From an uncultured candidatus Porisulfidus sp. (GTDB taxonomy: Bacteria > Pseudomonadota > Gammaproteobacteria > Poriferisulfidales > Poriferisulfidaceae): a stretch of DNA of 64,000 bases. Positions 36,619-46,144 of this stretch are shown in pieces (position 1 is the first letter of the stretch; each line of letters opens with the position of its first letter). A program made the position numbers and the translations under genes. Under the pieces are notes generated by a model, which saw nothing but the letters and a program-made list of their open reading frames with translations, made no database searches and was not told the DNA's origin. The stretch is taken from positions 1,241,674 to 1,305,673 of the forward strand of contig OZ241993.1 in NCBI GenBank assembly GCA_965204575.1, read 5' to 3'.

Positions 36619-37575
36619 GTGGGTGAACTGCGCCGCGTCGCCGTTGTCATGGATCCGCCGCAGCGGATCCAACCCGCCAAGGATTCGACCGTCGCCCTGA
36701 TGCTGGCGGCGCAGGCGCGGGGCGCCGAAATCCACATCACGACCCCTTCCGACCTCTGCGGCGGCCCGGCCGGCGTGGATGCGCATGCCCGCAGGGTCCA
36801 GGTTGCCGACCAGGCCGACTGGTGGCAGGTCCGGGAGGAGGCCTCGGTCGCACTGACGGAGTTCGACGTGGTGCTGATGCGCAAGGACCCGCCGGTCGAT
36901 ATGGCGTACATCGCCGCCACCTGGTTGCTGGACCAGGTTCGCGCCGCAGGCGTCTGCGTGCTCAATGCCCCGGAGACGCTGCGCAACATGAACGAAAAAC
37001 TCTCCATCGTGCAGTTCGCCGACTTGGCGCCGCCGTTGCTGGTGAGCGCGCGCCGGGACGACCTGGAGGGGTTCCTCGCGGAGTACAATGAGATGGTCAT
37101 CAAGCCACTCGACCGTATGGGAGGAGCTTTGGTGTACCGCTTGCGCCGTGATGATGCCGACCTGGCTTCCATCATCGAGTCCGTCACGCACCAGGGGACC
37201 GTGCCGGTGATGGCGCAGCGCTTTCTTCCCGAAGTCACGGAAGGGGACCGCCGCCTGCTGCTGATCGACGGCGAGTTGATCCCGGACGTCGCCGTGCGCA
37301 TTCCCAAGGCCGGTGAATTCCGCGCCAACCTCGCCCAGGGCGGGACCCTGCGGGTCGAGCCCGCCAATGACCGCGACCGCGAGATCGCCGACCGCCTCGG
37401 GGCGCCCCTGCGGGACGCCGGGGTCTGCTTTGCCGGCGCGGACGTGGTCGGGGGATGGCTGACCGAAATCAACATCACGTCGCCGACCTGCATCCGGGAG
37501 GTGGAGGCGCACACCGGGCAGGCGGTGGCGATGCGCTTCTGGGATGCCGTGGCCGACCACTGGCTGGAGACCTGA
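36619..37575 (+). CDS. gshB: Glutathione synthase (ATP-grasp)
   Basis: VAVVMDPPQRIQPAKDSTVALMLAAQARG aligns with the E. coli GshB N-terminus. GTG start. Confidence 0.9.
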   Translation: MGELRRVAVVMDPPQRIQPAKDSTVALMLAAQARGAEIHITTPSDLCGGPAGVDAHARRVQVADQADWWQVREEASVALTEFDVVLMRKDPPVDMAYIAATWLLDQVRAAGVCVLNAPETLRNMNEKLSIVQFADLAPPLLVSARRDDLEGFLAEYNEMVIKPLDRMGGALVYRLRRDDADLASIIESVTHQGTVPVMAQRFLPEVTEGDRRLLLIDGELIPDVAVRIPKAGEFRANLAQGGTLRVEPANDRDREIADRLGAPLRDAGVCFAGADVVGGWLTEINITSPTCIREVEAHTGQAVAMRFWDAVADHWLET

Positions 37576-37580
37576 CCCCC

Positions 37581-38162
37581 ATGCCGCCGCTGTTGCCCGC
37601 GGTTCCCGATTCCGAACGTTTGGCATTCTGCCTGTTCCTGGCGCTGGCGTTCCACGGCATGCTGGTATTGGGCGTGACGTTTTCGTCCGCACAGCCGGGA
37701 GCGAAACTGGATTTCGAGGTGTTCTGGGTCGAAGGCACGGGCCGGTCGGCCTCCGTGGCGGAGGCTGGAGAGGGATCACCGTGGCCTTCTTCCCCGACAC
37801 CCGTCCCGACTTCGGCGAGAGGTCTGGATGGAAAGATGCCGGAGGCGTATACTCTCGAACAGGAATATGTGCGCCAGTGGGTGGAACGCACGGAACACTT
37901 GGGGGGCGGCATGGTGCAGGGTCTTGATGGAGAGGTCGTCGTGCATGTGGTGGTGAATGCGCAGGGCGGGGTTCGGCAGTTCGAAGCCGAACCGGGACCG
38001 AAGCCTCTGGCCGATGCCGCCCGCAGGATCGTGATGAAATCGCAGCCGCACGCGCCGTTTTCCGAGGAACTTCGCCGGCACCGCGACCAGTTGCAGATCA
38101 GCCGCCGCTGGTTGTTCGGGGAGTCGGTCGGGCTGTACGCCGCGGAGCCGCCCCGCCCATGA
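37581..38162 (+). CDS. TonB-family C-terminal domain protein
   Basis: N-terminal TM, Pro-rich linker, C-terminal GEVVVHVVVNAQGGV...LADAARRIV pattern. Occupies the same position as the tonB-like gene after gshB in Pseudomonas. Confidence 0.65.
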   Translation: MPPLLPAVPDSERLAFCLFLALAFHGMLVLGVTFSSAQPGAKLDFEVFWVEGTGRSASVAEAGEGSPWPSSPTPVPTSARGLDGKMPEAYTLEQEYVRQWVERTEHLGGGMVQGLDGEVVVHVVVNAQGGVRQFEAEPGPKPLADAARRIVMKSQPHAPFSEELRRHRDQLQISRRWLFGESVGLYAAEPPRP

Positions 38163-38716
38163 AGACCTTGCGCGGCCGGATGCTGGTGGCGGCCCCGGAT
38201 CTGCAGGATTCGATGTTCCAGCGTTCCCTGATCCTGGTTTGCGAGCACGAGGAAGAGAAGGGCGCGATGGGTTTCATCGTGAACCATCCCTCGGAAATGA
38301 CGCTGCACGATCTGCTCGTCGATATGAAGATTACGCCGGAGTCGAAGCAGGACCTCGCCCGGCCGGTCTTCCTCGGCGGCCCGGTGCAGCCGAACCTGGG
38401 TTTCGGGCTGTACTCGGGAACCTACGAAATGTTGGACAGCGCGGAGATCGACGACCGGGTCCGGGTCACGGCGTCCCGTTCCCTGCTGGAGCACTGCGCG
38501 GTCGGCAAGGGACCGGAGAACCTGCTGGTGACGATGGGCTATTCCGGTTGGTCCCCCGGGCAGCTGGAGCAGGAAGTGGATACCGGCTCGTGGTGGCTGA
38601 CCTCGCCGTCGCCGGAGTTGCTGTTCGACCTGCCCCCGGAGCGCCGCTGGGGCAAGGCGCTCGAGCAGTTGGGCCTGGAGGAGTCGTCCCTGTATTTCGG
38701 AAGCGGGCATGCCTGA
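38159..38716 (+). CDS. yqgE: YqgE/AlgH family protein
   Basis: LVAAPDLQDSMFQRSLILVCEHEEEKGAMGFIVN, GYSGWSPGQLEQE. Confidence 0.9.
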   Translation: MKTLRGRMLVAAPDLQDSMFQRSLILVCEHEEEKGAMGFIVNHPSEMTLHDLLVDMKITPESKQDLARPVFLGGPVQPNLGFGLYSGTYEMLDSAEIDDRVRVTASRSLLEHCAVGKGPENLLVTMGYSGWSPGQLEQEVDTGSWWLTSPSPELLFDLPPERRWGKALEQLGLEESSLYFGSGHA

Positions 38717-39161
38717 CGCGTATAAGGTGGCCTTGGGATTTGATTTTGGATTGGCCCGGATTGGCGTGGCGGTGGGCTCCCTGGAGGTCGCGACCGCCCG
38801 CGGGCTGGACGTGGTCGCCAACCGCGACGGTGCCGTCGACTGGCCGGAGATCGACCGCTTGATCCAGACCTGGCGCCCGAGCGTGCTGGTGGTGGGCGAG
38901 CCGGAGGCGCAGACCGGGTCCGGCGACCGCTTGCCCCGCGCGCTGCGCCGGTTCTGCACCGAATTGGGGTCCCGCTACGAATTGCCGGTGGCCCGGGTCA
39001 ACGAGGATTACTCTTCCGAGTGCGCCCGCGCCGAGTTGCGCGCACAGCGCCAGGAGGGGGCCCGGAAAAAGCTCGCGCGGGGTGAAACTGATAAGATGGC
39101 CGCCGCCTATATCCTGAATGCCTGGCTGTCGGAGCAGCATGTCATCGCACGAGAGGGTTGA
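38709..39161 (+). CDS. ruvX: Holliday junction resolvase-like RuvX (YqgF)
   Basis: ALGFDFGLARIGVAVG N-terminus. 150 aa. Confidence 0.9.
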   Translation: MPDAYKVALGFDFGLARIGVAVGSLEVATARGLDVVANRDGAVDWPEIDRLIQTWRPSVLVVGEPEAQTGSGDRLPRALRRFCTELGSRYELPVARVNEDYSSECARAELRAQRQEGARKKLARGETDKMAAAYILNAWLSEQHVIAREG

Positions 39162-39675
39162 CGTCGGTGCCGTACTCGCCCATCTCGGCGATTCTGTTAA
39201 ATCCTTTCTGACCACCCGCGGAATCGGTTTGCCGGTTTTCGTCGGCATCCACACCGGCGGCGTGTGGGTGGCCGAGGCGCTGCACGCGCACTGTGCGGTC
39301 GCCGAGCCGCTGGGCATGCTGGACGTCAGTTACCACCGCGACGATGTCGCCCGCACCGGGGTGCGGCCGCTGAAGCCGGTCCGCATGCCGGCGTCGCTGG
39401 ACGACCGGCATGTCCTGTTGATCGACGACGTGCTGTTCACCGGCCGGACGACCCGCGCGGCACTCAACGAACTGTTCGAATACGGCCGTCCGGCCTCGGT
39501 TTCGCTGGCGGTGCTGGTGGAGCGGCCGGGGCGGGAGATTCCGGTGGCGCCGGACCTGGCTGGAATGCGCTTGGAACTGGGCCCGGAAGACCGGGTCAAG
39601 CTTCAGGGCCCGGAGCCCATGGAACTGGTGATTACGCGGCCCAACGACTCGTTGCTGGAAGAGCCCGGCCGGTGA
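39139..39675 (+). CDS. pyrR: Bifunctional pyr operon regulator / uracil phosphoribosyltransferase
   Basis: PRPP motif [13 protein letters not shown]. The ATG at 39139 is preferred; the ATG at 39118 is an alternative. Confidence 0.9.
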   Translation: MSSHERVDVGAVLAHLGDSVKSFLTTRGIGLPVFVGIHTGGVWVAEALHAHCAVAEPLGMLDVSYHRDDVARTGVRPLKPVRMPASLDDRHVLLIDDVLFTGRTTRAALNELFEYGRPASVSLAVLVERPGREIPVAPDLAGMRLELGPEDRVKLQGPEPMELVITRPNDSLLEEPGR

Positions 39676-40667
39676 GTTCGACCCAGCCGACACTGTTTCG
39701 GTTGCCGCCTGCGGCGCAGTATCAGTTGGACGGGGAAGGGCGCTTGCGCCACTTCCTGACCATCGAGGGATTGCCGGTGGCGCTCCTGGAAGAGATCCTG
39801 AGTACCGCAGAGTCGTTCCATACGGCTTCGGACCAGACGGCGCGGAAGGTTCCGCTGCTCCGCGGCAAGACCATCGTCAACCTGTTCTTCGAGGCGAGCA
39901 CCCGCACCCGCACCACGTTCGAACTCGCGGCCAAACGCCTGTCCGCCGACGTGCTCAACCTGGACATGGCCACCGCCGCCACGACCAAGGGCGAGAGCCT
40001 GCTGGACACCCTGCGCAACCTCGAGGCGATGCACTGCGACATGTTCGTGGTCCGCCATCACCAGAGCGGCGCGGCGCATTTCATCGTCCGCCACGTCGCC
40101 GAGCACATCAGCGTCATCAATGCGGGTGACGGCCGGCATGCGCACCCGACCCAGGCCATGCTCGACATGTTTACCTTGCGCCAGCATTTCCCGGATTTCA
40201 GCGCCATCGCGGTCGTGATCGTCGGCGACATCCTGCATTCGCGGGTGGCGCGCTCCGAGATTCAGGCCTTGCGCACCTTGGGGGTCGGCGAGATCCGGGT
40301 GATCGCGCCGCGGACCCTGCTGCCGCGCGAGGCGACCAGCTTGGGTGTGATTCCGTTCAAGTCCATGGAGGAAGGCTTGGCCGGGGCGCAGGCGGTGATC
40401 ATGCTGCGCCTGCAGAAGGAGCGGATGCACGGCAGTTTCGTGCCGAGCGAGGCTGAATATTACCGGTTTTACGGCTTGACCCGGGCACGGGTGGAGTTGC
40501 TGGCGGAGGACGGGATCGTGATGCATCCGGGTCCCGTCAACCGCGGGGTGGAAATCGAGTCGGCCGTGGTGGATGGGCCTCGCTCGGTAATCCTGAAACA
40601 GGTCCGGAACGGGATTGCGGTGCGCATGGCGATCCTGTCCATGGCGATGCGGAGGCATGCCTGGTAA
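39672..40667 (+). CDS. pyrB: Aspartate carbamoyltransferase catalytic subunit
   Basis: [25 protein letters not shown] at 39672 overlaps the pyrR TGA (GTGA). Confidence 0.9.
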   Translation: MSSTQPTLFRLPPAAQYQLDGEGRLRHFLTIEGLPVALLEEILSTAESFHTASDQTARKVPLLRGKTIVNLFFEASTRTRTTFELAAKRLSADVLNLDMATAATTKGESLLDTLRNLEAMHCDMFVVRHHQSGAAHFIVRHVAEHISVINAGDGRHAHPTQAMLDMFTLRQHFPDFSAIAVVIVGDILHSRVARSEIQALRTLGVGEIRVIAPRTLLPREATSLGVIPFKSMEEGLAGAQAVIMLRLQKERMHGSFVPSEAEYYRFYGLTRARVELLAEDGIVMHPGPVNRGVEIESAVVDGPRSVILKQVRNGIAVRMAILSMAMRRHAW

Positions 40668-41950
40668 TGCGCCTGGCGGTACGCGGAGGATACGTTCTCG
40701 ACCCGGCCGGCGGGACGGATGCGGTGCGCGACGTGTTCTGTGCCCGCGGGAAGATCGTCGGGCTGGGGACGGCGACGGAAGAGTTCGAGGCGGAACAGGT
40801 CGTGGATGCCCAAGGCTGCCTGGTGATGCCGGGCGCGGTGGATCTTGCGGTCTGCCTCAACCCGATGGGCGAGCAGCGCGCCAGCGTGGAAAGCGAGACC
40901 CGGGCCGCGGTGGCGGGCGGCGTGACCACGGTCTGCTCGGTGGCCGAGACGCAGCCGATCCCGGACTCGCCGGCAGCAGTGCGGCTGCTGATGGAGCAGG
41001 CGCAACAGGCCGGTTTCGCTCGGCTGGAAACCTTGGGCGCGGCCATGCACGGGCTGGGAGACACCCAGCTGGCCAGTCTGGGTGCGCTGCGCGAAGCGGG
41101 CTGTGTCGGGGTCAGCAACGGGACGCGGCCCTACGCCAACCTGCTGGTGCTGTGCCGGGCCATGGAGTATGCGGCGAGCCAGGACCTGACCCTGTTCTAC
41201 CACCCTCTGGATCATGCCTTGGCGGGCCAGGGCTGCGCGCATGAAGGCACTTTTGCGGCCCGGCTGGGTCTGCCGGGGATCCTGCCGGCGGCGGAAACCG
41301 CCGCCCTGGCACAGATGACGGCCTTGGTGCAGGATACCGGCGCGCGGGTCCACTTCTGCCGCCTTTCCTGTGCGCAGGCGGTGGACATGCTGGAAATCGG
41401 GCGGCAGGCGGGATTGCCGGTGACGGCGGATGTGGCGGTGCATCAGTTGTTCCTGACGGAAGAGGCCGTGGAAGGGTTCGAGGTCAATGCGCTGGTCAGC
41501 CCGCCCCTGCGCACCGAACATGACCGGCAGCGTCTGCGCGAAGGCGTACGGGATGGAGTGATCCAGGCGATTTGCTCGGATCACCAGCCGCTGGACCCGG
41601 ATTCGAAGATGGCGCCGTTTCCCGAGGCCCGGCCCGGCATCTCGGGGATTGAGACGTTGTTGCCGCTGACCATGGAGTTGGTGACCGAGGAGATCCTCAC
41701 GCGGGCGACCGCGGTGGAACGGCTGACGGCAGGCCCGGCCGAGATCCTGGGGCGCAACACGGGGACGTTGGCTGTCGGAGCACCGGCGGATCTTTGCGTG
41801 GTGCGGCTGGACAACCCTTGGACTTTTGACGTGGAAGCAATGCTGAGTGCGGGACGGAACACGCCGTTCGACGGCTGGCAGTTCCATGACCGGGTGCAGG
41901 CGACCATTTGCGGCGGCCGCATCGTCTACGAGCGGGAAGGAGAGGCGTAA
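40667..41950 (+). CDS. Dihydroorotase-like protein, probably the non-catalytic PyrC' type
   Basis: Amidohydrolase fold, but the position of the PG-D-HxH metal motif reads PGAVDLAVCLNPMG, so no HxH. TAATG overlap with pyrB. Confidence 0.8.
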   Translation: MRLAVRGGYVLDPAGGTDAVRDVFCARGKIVGLGTATEEFEAEQVVDAQGCLVMPGAVDLAVCLNPMGEQRASVESETRAAVAGGVTTVCSVAETQPIPDSPAAVRLLMEQAQQAGFARLETLGAAMHGLGDTQLASLGALREAGCVGVSNGTRPYANLLVLCRAMEYAASQDLTLFYHPLDHALAGQGCAHEGTFAARLGLPGILPAAETAALAQMTALVQDTGARVHFCRLSCAQAVDMLEIGRQAGLPVTADVAVHQLFLTEEAVEGFEVNALVSPPLRTEHDRQRLREGVRDGVIQAICSDHQPLDPDSKMAPFPEARPGISGIETLLPLTMELVTEEILTRATAVERLTAGPAEILGRNTGTLAVGAPADLCVVRLDNPWTFDVEAMLSAGRNTPFDGWQFHDRVQATICGGRIVYEREGEA

Positions 41951-42834
41951 TGGAGGAATTCCGCAACGTCATCCACAGCCTTGACGCCCAGGTCGTCCAG
42001 GTGCGCCATCTGGAAGCGGATCAGCACGCGCTGGTGATTAATGCGCCGGCGATCGCCGAATCCGCCACGCCGGGCAGTTTTGTTCACTTGGGTGTGCATG
42101 CCGAGCCACTCATGATGCGCCGCCCGCTTTCCATCCTGTGGAGCGACCCGGAGCGCGGGACGCTCGAGGTGCTGTACAAGGTGGTCGGAAAAGGGACGGA
42201 GGGACTGGCGCGTGTTCAGGAAGGCGAGACGCTGCCGGCGCTCGGTCCGATCGGGCGGGGGTTCCAGGTCGAACCGGACCGGGATCACCCCCTGTTGATC
42301 GGAGGCGGGGTTGGAATCCCGCCGATCCTGTTCCTGGCTCGCGAAATCAAGGAGCACACCGTGCCGCTGGTGGTGATGGGGTCGGAAATTCCCTTTCCAT
42401 TTGCAAGCCGCCCCTCGACCATCCGGGTCCCGGGAATGCCGGACGGTGCCATCGCGGGCATGAGCCTGCTGGAGGACTGGGGAGTCGCTTCCCGCTTGTG
42501 TTCCACCCAGGGTTACGCCGGTTGCTATGACGGCTATGTCGATGCGGCCGCCCGGATGTGGCTTGAGACCCAGACCCCGGAACAACGTGCGCGGGTCGCT
42601 GTCTATACCTGCGGGCCGGTGCCGATGCTGGAAGCGGTGGCCCGGCTGATGCAGGAGTTCGATGTGCCGTGCCAGGTCTGCATGGAGGAATACATGGCGT
42701 GCGCGGTGGGAGGGTGCGCGGGTTGCACGGTTCCGGTGTTGGGTGAAAACGGTTGGGCCATGAAGCGGGTGTGCGTGGACGGTCCGGTGTTCGATGCGCA
42801 GGCGGTGTTTCCGGAGGAAGGTTGCCGCCTATAA
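41950..42834 (+). CDS. PyrK-like FAD/NAD(P)-binding oxidoreductase with C-terminal [2Fe-2S] motif
   Basis: RRPLSI (FAD), LLIGGGVGIPP (NAD), CAVGGCAGC...RVCVDGPVF (Cx4Cx2C...C). TAATG overlap with pyrC'. Confidence 0.7.
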   Translation: MEEFRNVIHSLDAQVVQVRHLEADQHALVINAPAIAESATPGSFVHLGVHAEPLMMRRPLSILWSDPERGTLEVLYKVVGKGTEGLARVQEGETLPALGPIGRGFQVEPDRDHPLLIGGGVGIPPILFLAREIKEHTVPLVVMGSEIPFPFASRPSTIRVPGMPDGAIAGMSLLEDWGVASRLCSTQGYAGCYDGYVDAAARMWLETQTPEQRARVAVYTCGPVPMLEAVARLMQEFDVPCQVCMEEYMACAVGGCAGCTVPVLGENGWAMKRVCVDGPVFDAQAVFPEEGCRL

Positions 42835-42877
42835 TGCGAGGTTTAGAGGTTTTGCCGCCATCGCGAGCGGAGAACAC

Positions 42878-43717
42878 ATGCCTGAAAGTGCACGAATCCT
42901 TCTGATCGGGGGCGGCAACATGGGCCGCTCGCTGGTGGGCGGCTTGATCCGTTCCGGCTGGGAAGCCGGCGACATCACGGTCTCCGATCCCGATCCGCAG
43001 TCCCACCAGGCGCTGGCCGCCAATTTCGGCCTGATGCAGCTGTACTACGAGAATTCGCTGGCCTACTCCCGGGCTTCCGCGGATATCGTGCTGTTCGCGA
43101 CCAAGCCCGACAAGTTGCCGACGACCGCCACTGAACTGGCGCCCTGGATGGTGACGGATAATCCATTGCTAATCACCATTGCGGCCGGTGTGCGCGCGGA
43201 CGACCTGGCACGTTGGACAGGGGGGCATTGCCCGGTGGTGCGCGTCATGCCGAACACGCCGGCATTGGTCGGTGCCGGGATGAGCGCCTTGTATGCGCGG
43301 GAGGATGTTTCCGATGCCCAGCGTGCGCTTGCGGGCAGAATCATGGAGAGCGTCGGGAAGGTTCTCTGGGTGCAGGACGAGGCCCTGATGGATGCTGCGA
43401 CTGCGGTTTCGGGTAGCGGGCCCGCCTATTTCTTCCTGTTCATGCAGGCGATGATCGAGGGGGCATGCCGTATGGGGCTCGACGAAGTGCAGGCTCGCCT
43501 GCTGGTGCTGGAGACGGCTCGTGGAGCCCAGGAACTGGCGAGTGCCTCGGAGGACTCCCTGCAGGAGCTTTGCCGAAAGGTGACGTCCAAGGGCGGGACA
43601 ACCGCAGCCGCCCTGAACGTGCTGGAAGGGGCAGGTTTTGAGGCCTTGATTCTCGATGCGCTTGAGGCCGCGCGCCGACGGGCCGAGGAACTGGGCGACG
43701 AAAACGGCCGGGCCTGA
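42878..43717 (+). CDS. proC: Pyrroline-5-carboxylate reductase
   Basis: ILLIGGGNMGRSL, KVTSKGGTTAAAL. Confidence 0.9.
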   Translation: MPESARILLIGGGNMGRSLVGGLIRSGWEAGDITVSDPDPQSHQALAANFGLMQLYYENSLAYSRASADIVLFATKPDKLPTTATELAPWMVTDNPLLITIAAGVRADDLARWTGGHCPVVRVMPNTPALVGAGMSALYAREDVSDAQRALAGRIMESVGKVLWVQDEALMDAATAVSGSGPAYFFLFMQAMIEGACRMGLDEVQARLLVLETARGAQELASASEDSLQELCRKVTSKGGTTAAALNVLEGAGFEALILDALEAARRRAEELGDENGRA

Positions 43718-44259
43718 TGGAAGACCTGATCCAATTCCTGTTGACTCTGTATCTGTACGGGATCCTAATTCGGTTGCTGCTCACGTTTCACCAAGCGGAC
43801 TTTTACAACCCGATCTCGCAGGTGCTGGCGCGGGTGACCGATCCGGTGTACCAGCCGGTTCGACGCGTCGTGCCGTCGGCCCGGGGTTGGGACCTCGCCT
43901 TGCTTGCGATCGCATTGGTTCTGAAATTAATCAGCCTCTACATCGGTGGGGCCATGGAAATAGGGGTTTCGGTCCTGGGCCTGGTGCTGTTCGCGTTGAC
44001 CCAGATCGTCGGGATGATGCTGAACATCTACCTGATCTCCCTGATCGTGGTGGTCATTGCCAGCTGGGTGCGGCTGTCGGCTGGCGCGGATCAGTTCCTA
44101 AGCTTGGTGCGCAGCCTGACGACCCCGATGCTCATGCGGATTCGCGGGGTGCTGCCGGATACGGGAATACTGGACTTGTCCCCCATGGTGGCCTTGTTCG
44201 GGCTGTATTTCCTGCAGAGCGGGCTGCATCAGATTGGCCGATGGGGGCTCGGGATCTGA
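43717..44259 (+). CDS. yggT: YggT family membrane protein
   Basis: Duplicated YGGT pattern (NPISQVLARVTDPVYQPVRRVVP). TGATG overlap with proC. Confidence 0.85.
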   Translation: MEDLIQFLLTLYLYGILIRLLLTFHQADFYNPISQVLARVTDPVYQPVRRVVPSARGWDLALLAIALVLKLISLYIGGAMEIGVSVLGLVLFALTQIVGMMLNIYLISLIVVVIASWVRLSAGADQFLSLVRSLTTPMLMRIRGVLPDTGILDLSPMVALFGLYFLQSGLHQIGRWGLGI

Positions 44260-44284
44260 CCGGAAGGCTTGTGCTCTAAATGCG

Positions 44285-45265
44285 TTACCCGATGGAGCCC
44301 AACCAGTTGTAAAACAGTTGCCGGGAGACATCCTTCCATGAGTGGCGCATCTCACATGCAAGCGCTTCCTCCGGAAATTCCTCGATCAACCCCGCATCTC
44401 CGCTTCTCGGCAGGGCATCCTCACGAAAGGCTCCCGCAAGGTCGGCTGCAGGATCGCTGAACGTGTTGTCTGGCAGGGGCGGGTAGCCCTCGCGCTCTTT
44501 GTTCAAGTAGCGCAGAACCTCGCGCTTGTACTCCTTCAGTAGGCTGACGGCTTCGTACTCGGGGTGCCCCTGGAAATAGAGCCGGCGACCGTCCGGCTCC
44601 ACGGCCATCTGTACGCCGGGCACGGGTCCCGTAACCAGAACCTGCACGCCGCGTTCCCGAAGGTTCTCTTCCGGGACATCATTGAAGCGTGAATGCGGCA
44701 TCTCGAAATGGCCCGGAAGATTGGCGACCAGGGGGTGGTCGGGTTCGCAGACCGAATGATCGAAAATGCCCCAACGCTTGTGCGGCAGGTGGCGGCGGGC
44801 GACGCCATGAAAGATCAAGGCGGAAGCATGTGCGGCAAGGCAGGAGCAGACCACCGGCAGGCGGCGATCGTCGGCCTGTTTCAGCACGGTGGCCAGACCG
44901 TCCCAAAAGGGCTCGCTCGTCAGGTCGGGCTTGGTGACGTTGGCTCCGGTAATAATCAAAGCGTCTAGGCCCGTGTTGCCGATCTCCGCGCAGTCCCGGT
45001 AGTACTGCTGGAGATGCTCGCGGCCTCCTTCCTCGCGGGGGATACCCTCGATCGTGAAGGGATGCACGGCGCAGAAACGTTCATCGTGGCTGTCCAGAAG
45101 TCGCAGAAACTGTCGCTCGGTCGCGGCCAGCGCGCGGTCCGGCATCATGTTGAGCAGGCCGACATTCAAACGGGTGGCATGTTCCGGGGTCTGCTCGGCA
45201 ACCCGGGCGCCTTGTTCAGCAATCCGGTCCAGGCTGGGCAGGTCCTGCAGGCGAAGCAGGGGCAT
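44285..45265 (-). CDS. metA: Homoserine O-acyltransferase, MetA family
   Basis: LNVGLLNMMP, CSCLAAHA (Cys nucleophile region), MPHSRFN, GHPEYE. Confidence 0.85.
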   Translation of the reverse strand: MPLLRLQDLPSLDRIAEQGARVAEQTPEHATRLNVGLLNMMPDRALAATERQFLRLLDSHDERFCAVHPFTIEGIPREEGGREHLQQYYRDCAEIGNTGLDALIITGANVTKPDLTSEPFWDGLATVLKQADDRRLPVVCSCLAAHASALIFHGVARRHLPHKRWGIFDHSVCEPDHPLVANLPGHFEMPHSRFNDVPEENLRERGVQVLVTGPVPGVQMAVEPDGRRLYFQGHPEYEAVSLLKEYKREVLRYLNKEREGYPPLPDNTFSDPAADLAGAFREDALPRSGDAGLIEEFPEEALACEMRHSWKDVSRQLFYNWLGSIG

Positions 45266-45270
45266 GGGGG

Positions 45271-46116
45271 CTAGCCCGCGCGTTCGATGGCTTGGGCGAT
45301 CAGGTCGACGAAATCATTGGCGTTCCGCACGCGGCTGACTTCGTCCATGCTGACGGTGTACCCGTATTCGGCGGCAATGCTCTGGTAACGCTCCAGGCGG
45401 TCCCGCGACAGCCTCGGGAAGGCCCAGCGGGTGAAATCGTCGGGGTTGATGTCTTGGAAATCGCCCAGGCTATGCTCGGCCATGAAATCCTCGATCGCCT
45501 GATCCAGGAAGGCCTCCGGATAGTAGAGGGGTTTGGGGCTTTTCGCCTGGCGCTTGCAGAGTTCCTCGATGTGCGGGTCGTCGGCATGGATGTACAGAAT
45601 CAGGGTGTGTTCGGCCAGCAGGTCGAACACGTCCGGCCTTTGCAGTTCGCACAGGCTGCCGCCGGCATCGTTCACGAGGTGCGGATAGCCGTAGATCTCC
45701 TGCCCTTTGCGGATGAAATCCGGGACATCCTGCATGGCCTTGATTTCGGCTTCGTGATGGAGCCGCAGGCGGTTCTTGAATTCCTCCAGCGACAGCCCGC
45801 CGAGCCCGGAATTTCCGGGTTTGCCGAGAAAGGTCGAGACCGGCTCCAGGTTGCTGACGGTGAGATTGTTGGAGATGTAGATGGAGTCCGAGCGCAGCAG
45901 GTCCGCCAGGAACGGCACCTCCATCATCTTCGACTTGAGGTTGTCGAGGATGTTCTCGCTGAGGTAGCGGGTGCCGATCCGGTAGTCCCCGGAGTAGTGG
46001 AACCACTGCGTCTTGTCCAGCCGCTCGGAAAGCCGGGTCTTGCCCACGCCGGACATGCCGAGCAAGGTGACGGCCTTGTGCGGGAGGGCGCGGAATTCGG
46101 CGGCGGTCAGGCGCAT
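45271..46116 (-). CDS. P-loop NTPase / kinase-like protein of unknown function
   Basis: Walker A LLGMSGVGKT near the N-terminus. 281 aa, 5 nt upstream of metA. Confidence 0.55.
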   Translation of the reverse strand: MRLTAAEFRALPHKAVTLLGMSGVGKTRLSERLDKTQWFHYSGDYRIGTRYLSENILDNLKSKMMEVPFLADLLRSDSIYISNNLTVSNLEPVSTFLGKPGNSGLGGLSLEEFKNRLRLHHEAEIKAMQDVPDFIRKGQEIYGYPHLVNDAGGSLCELQRPDVFDLLAEHTLILYIHADDPHIEELCKRQAKSPKPLYYPEAFLDQAIEDFMAEHSLGDFQDINPDDFTRWAFPRLSRDRLERYQSIAAEYGYTVSMDEVSRVRNANDFVDLIAQAIERAG

Positions 46117-46144
46117 GGCAATAGGGGAACTGGCGGTTCCAGGC

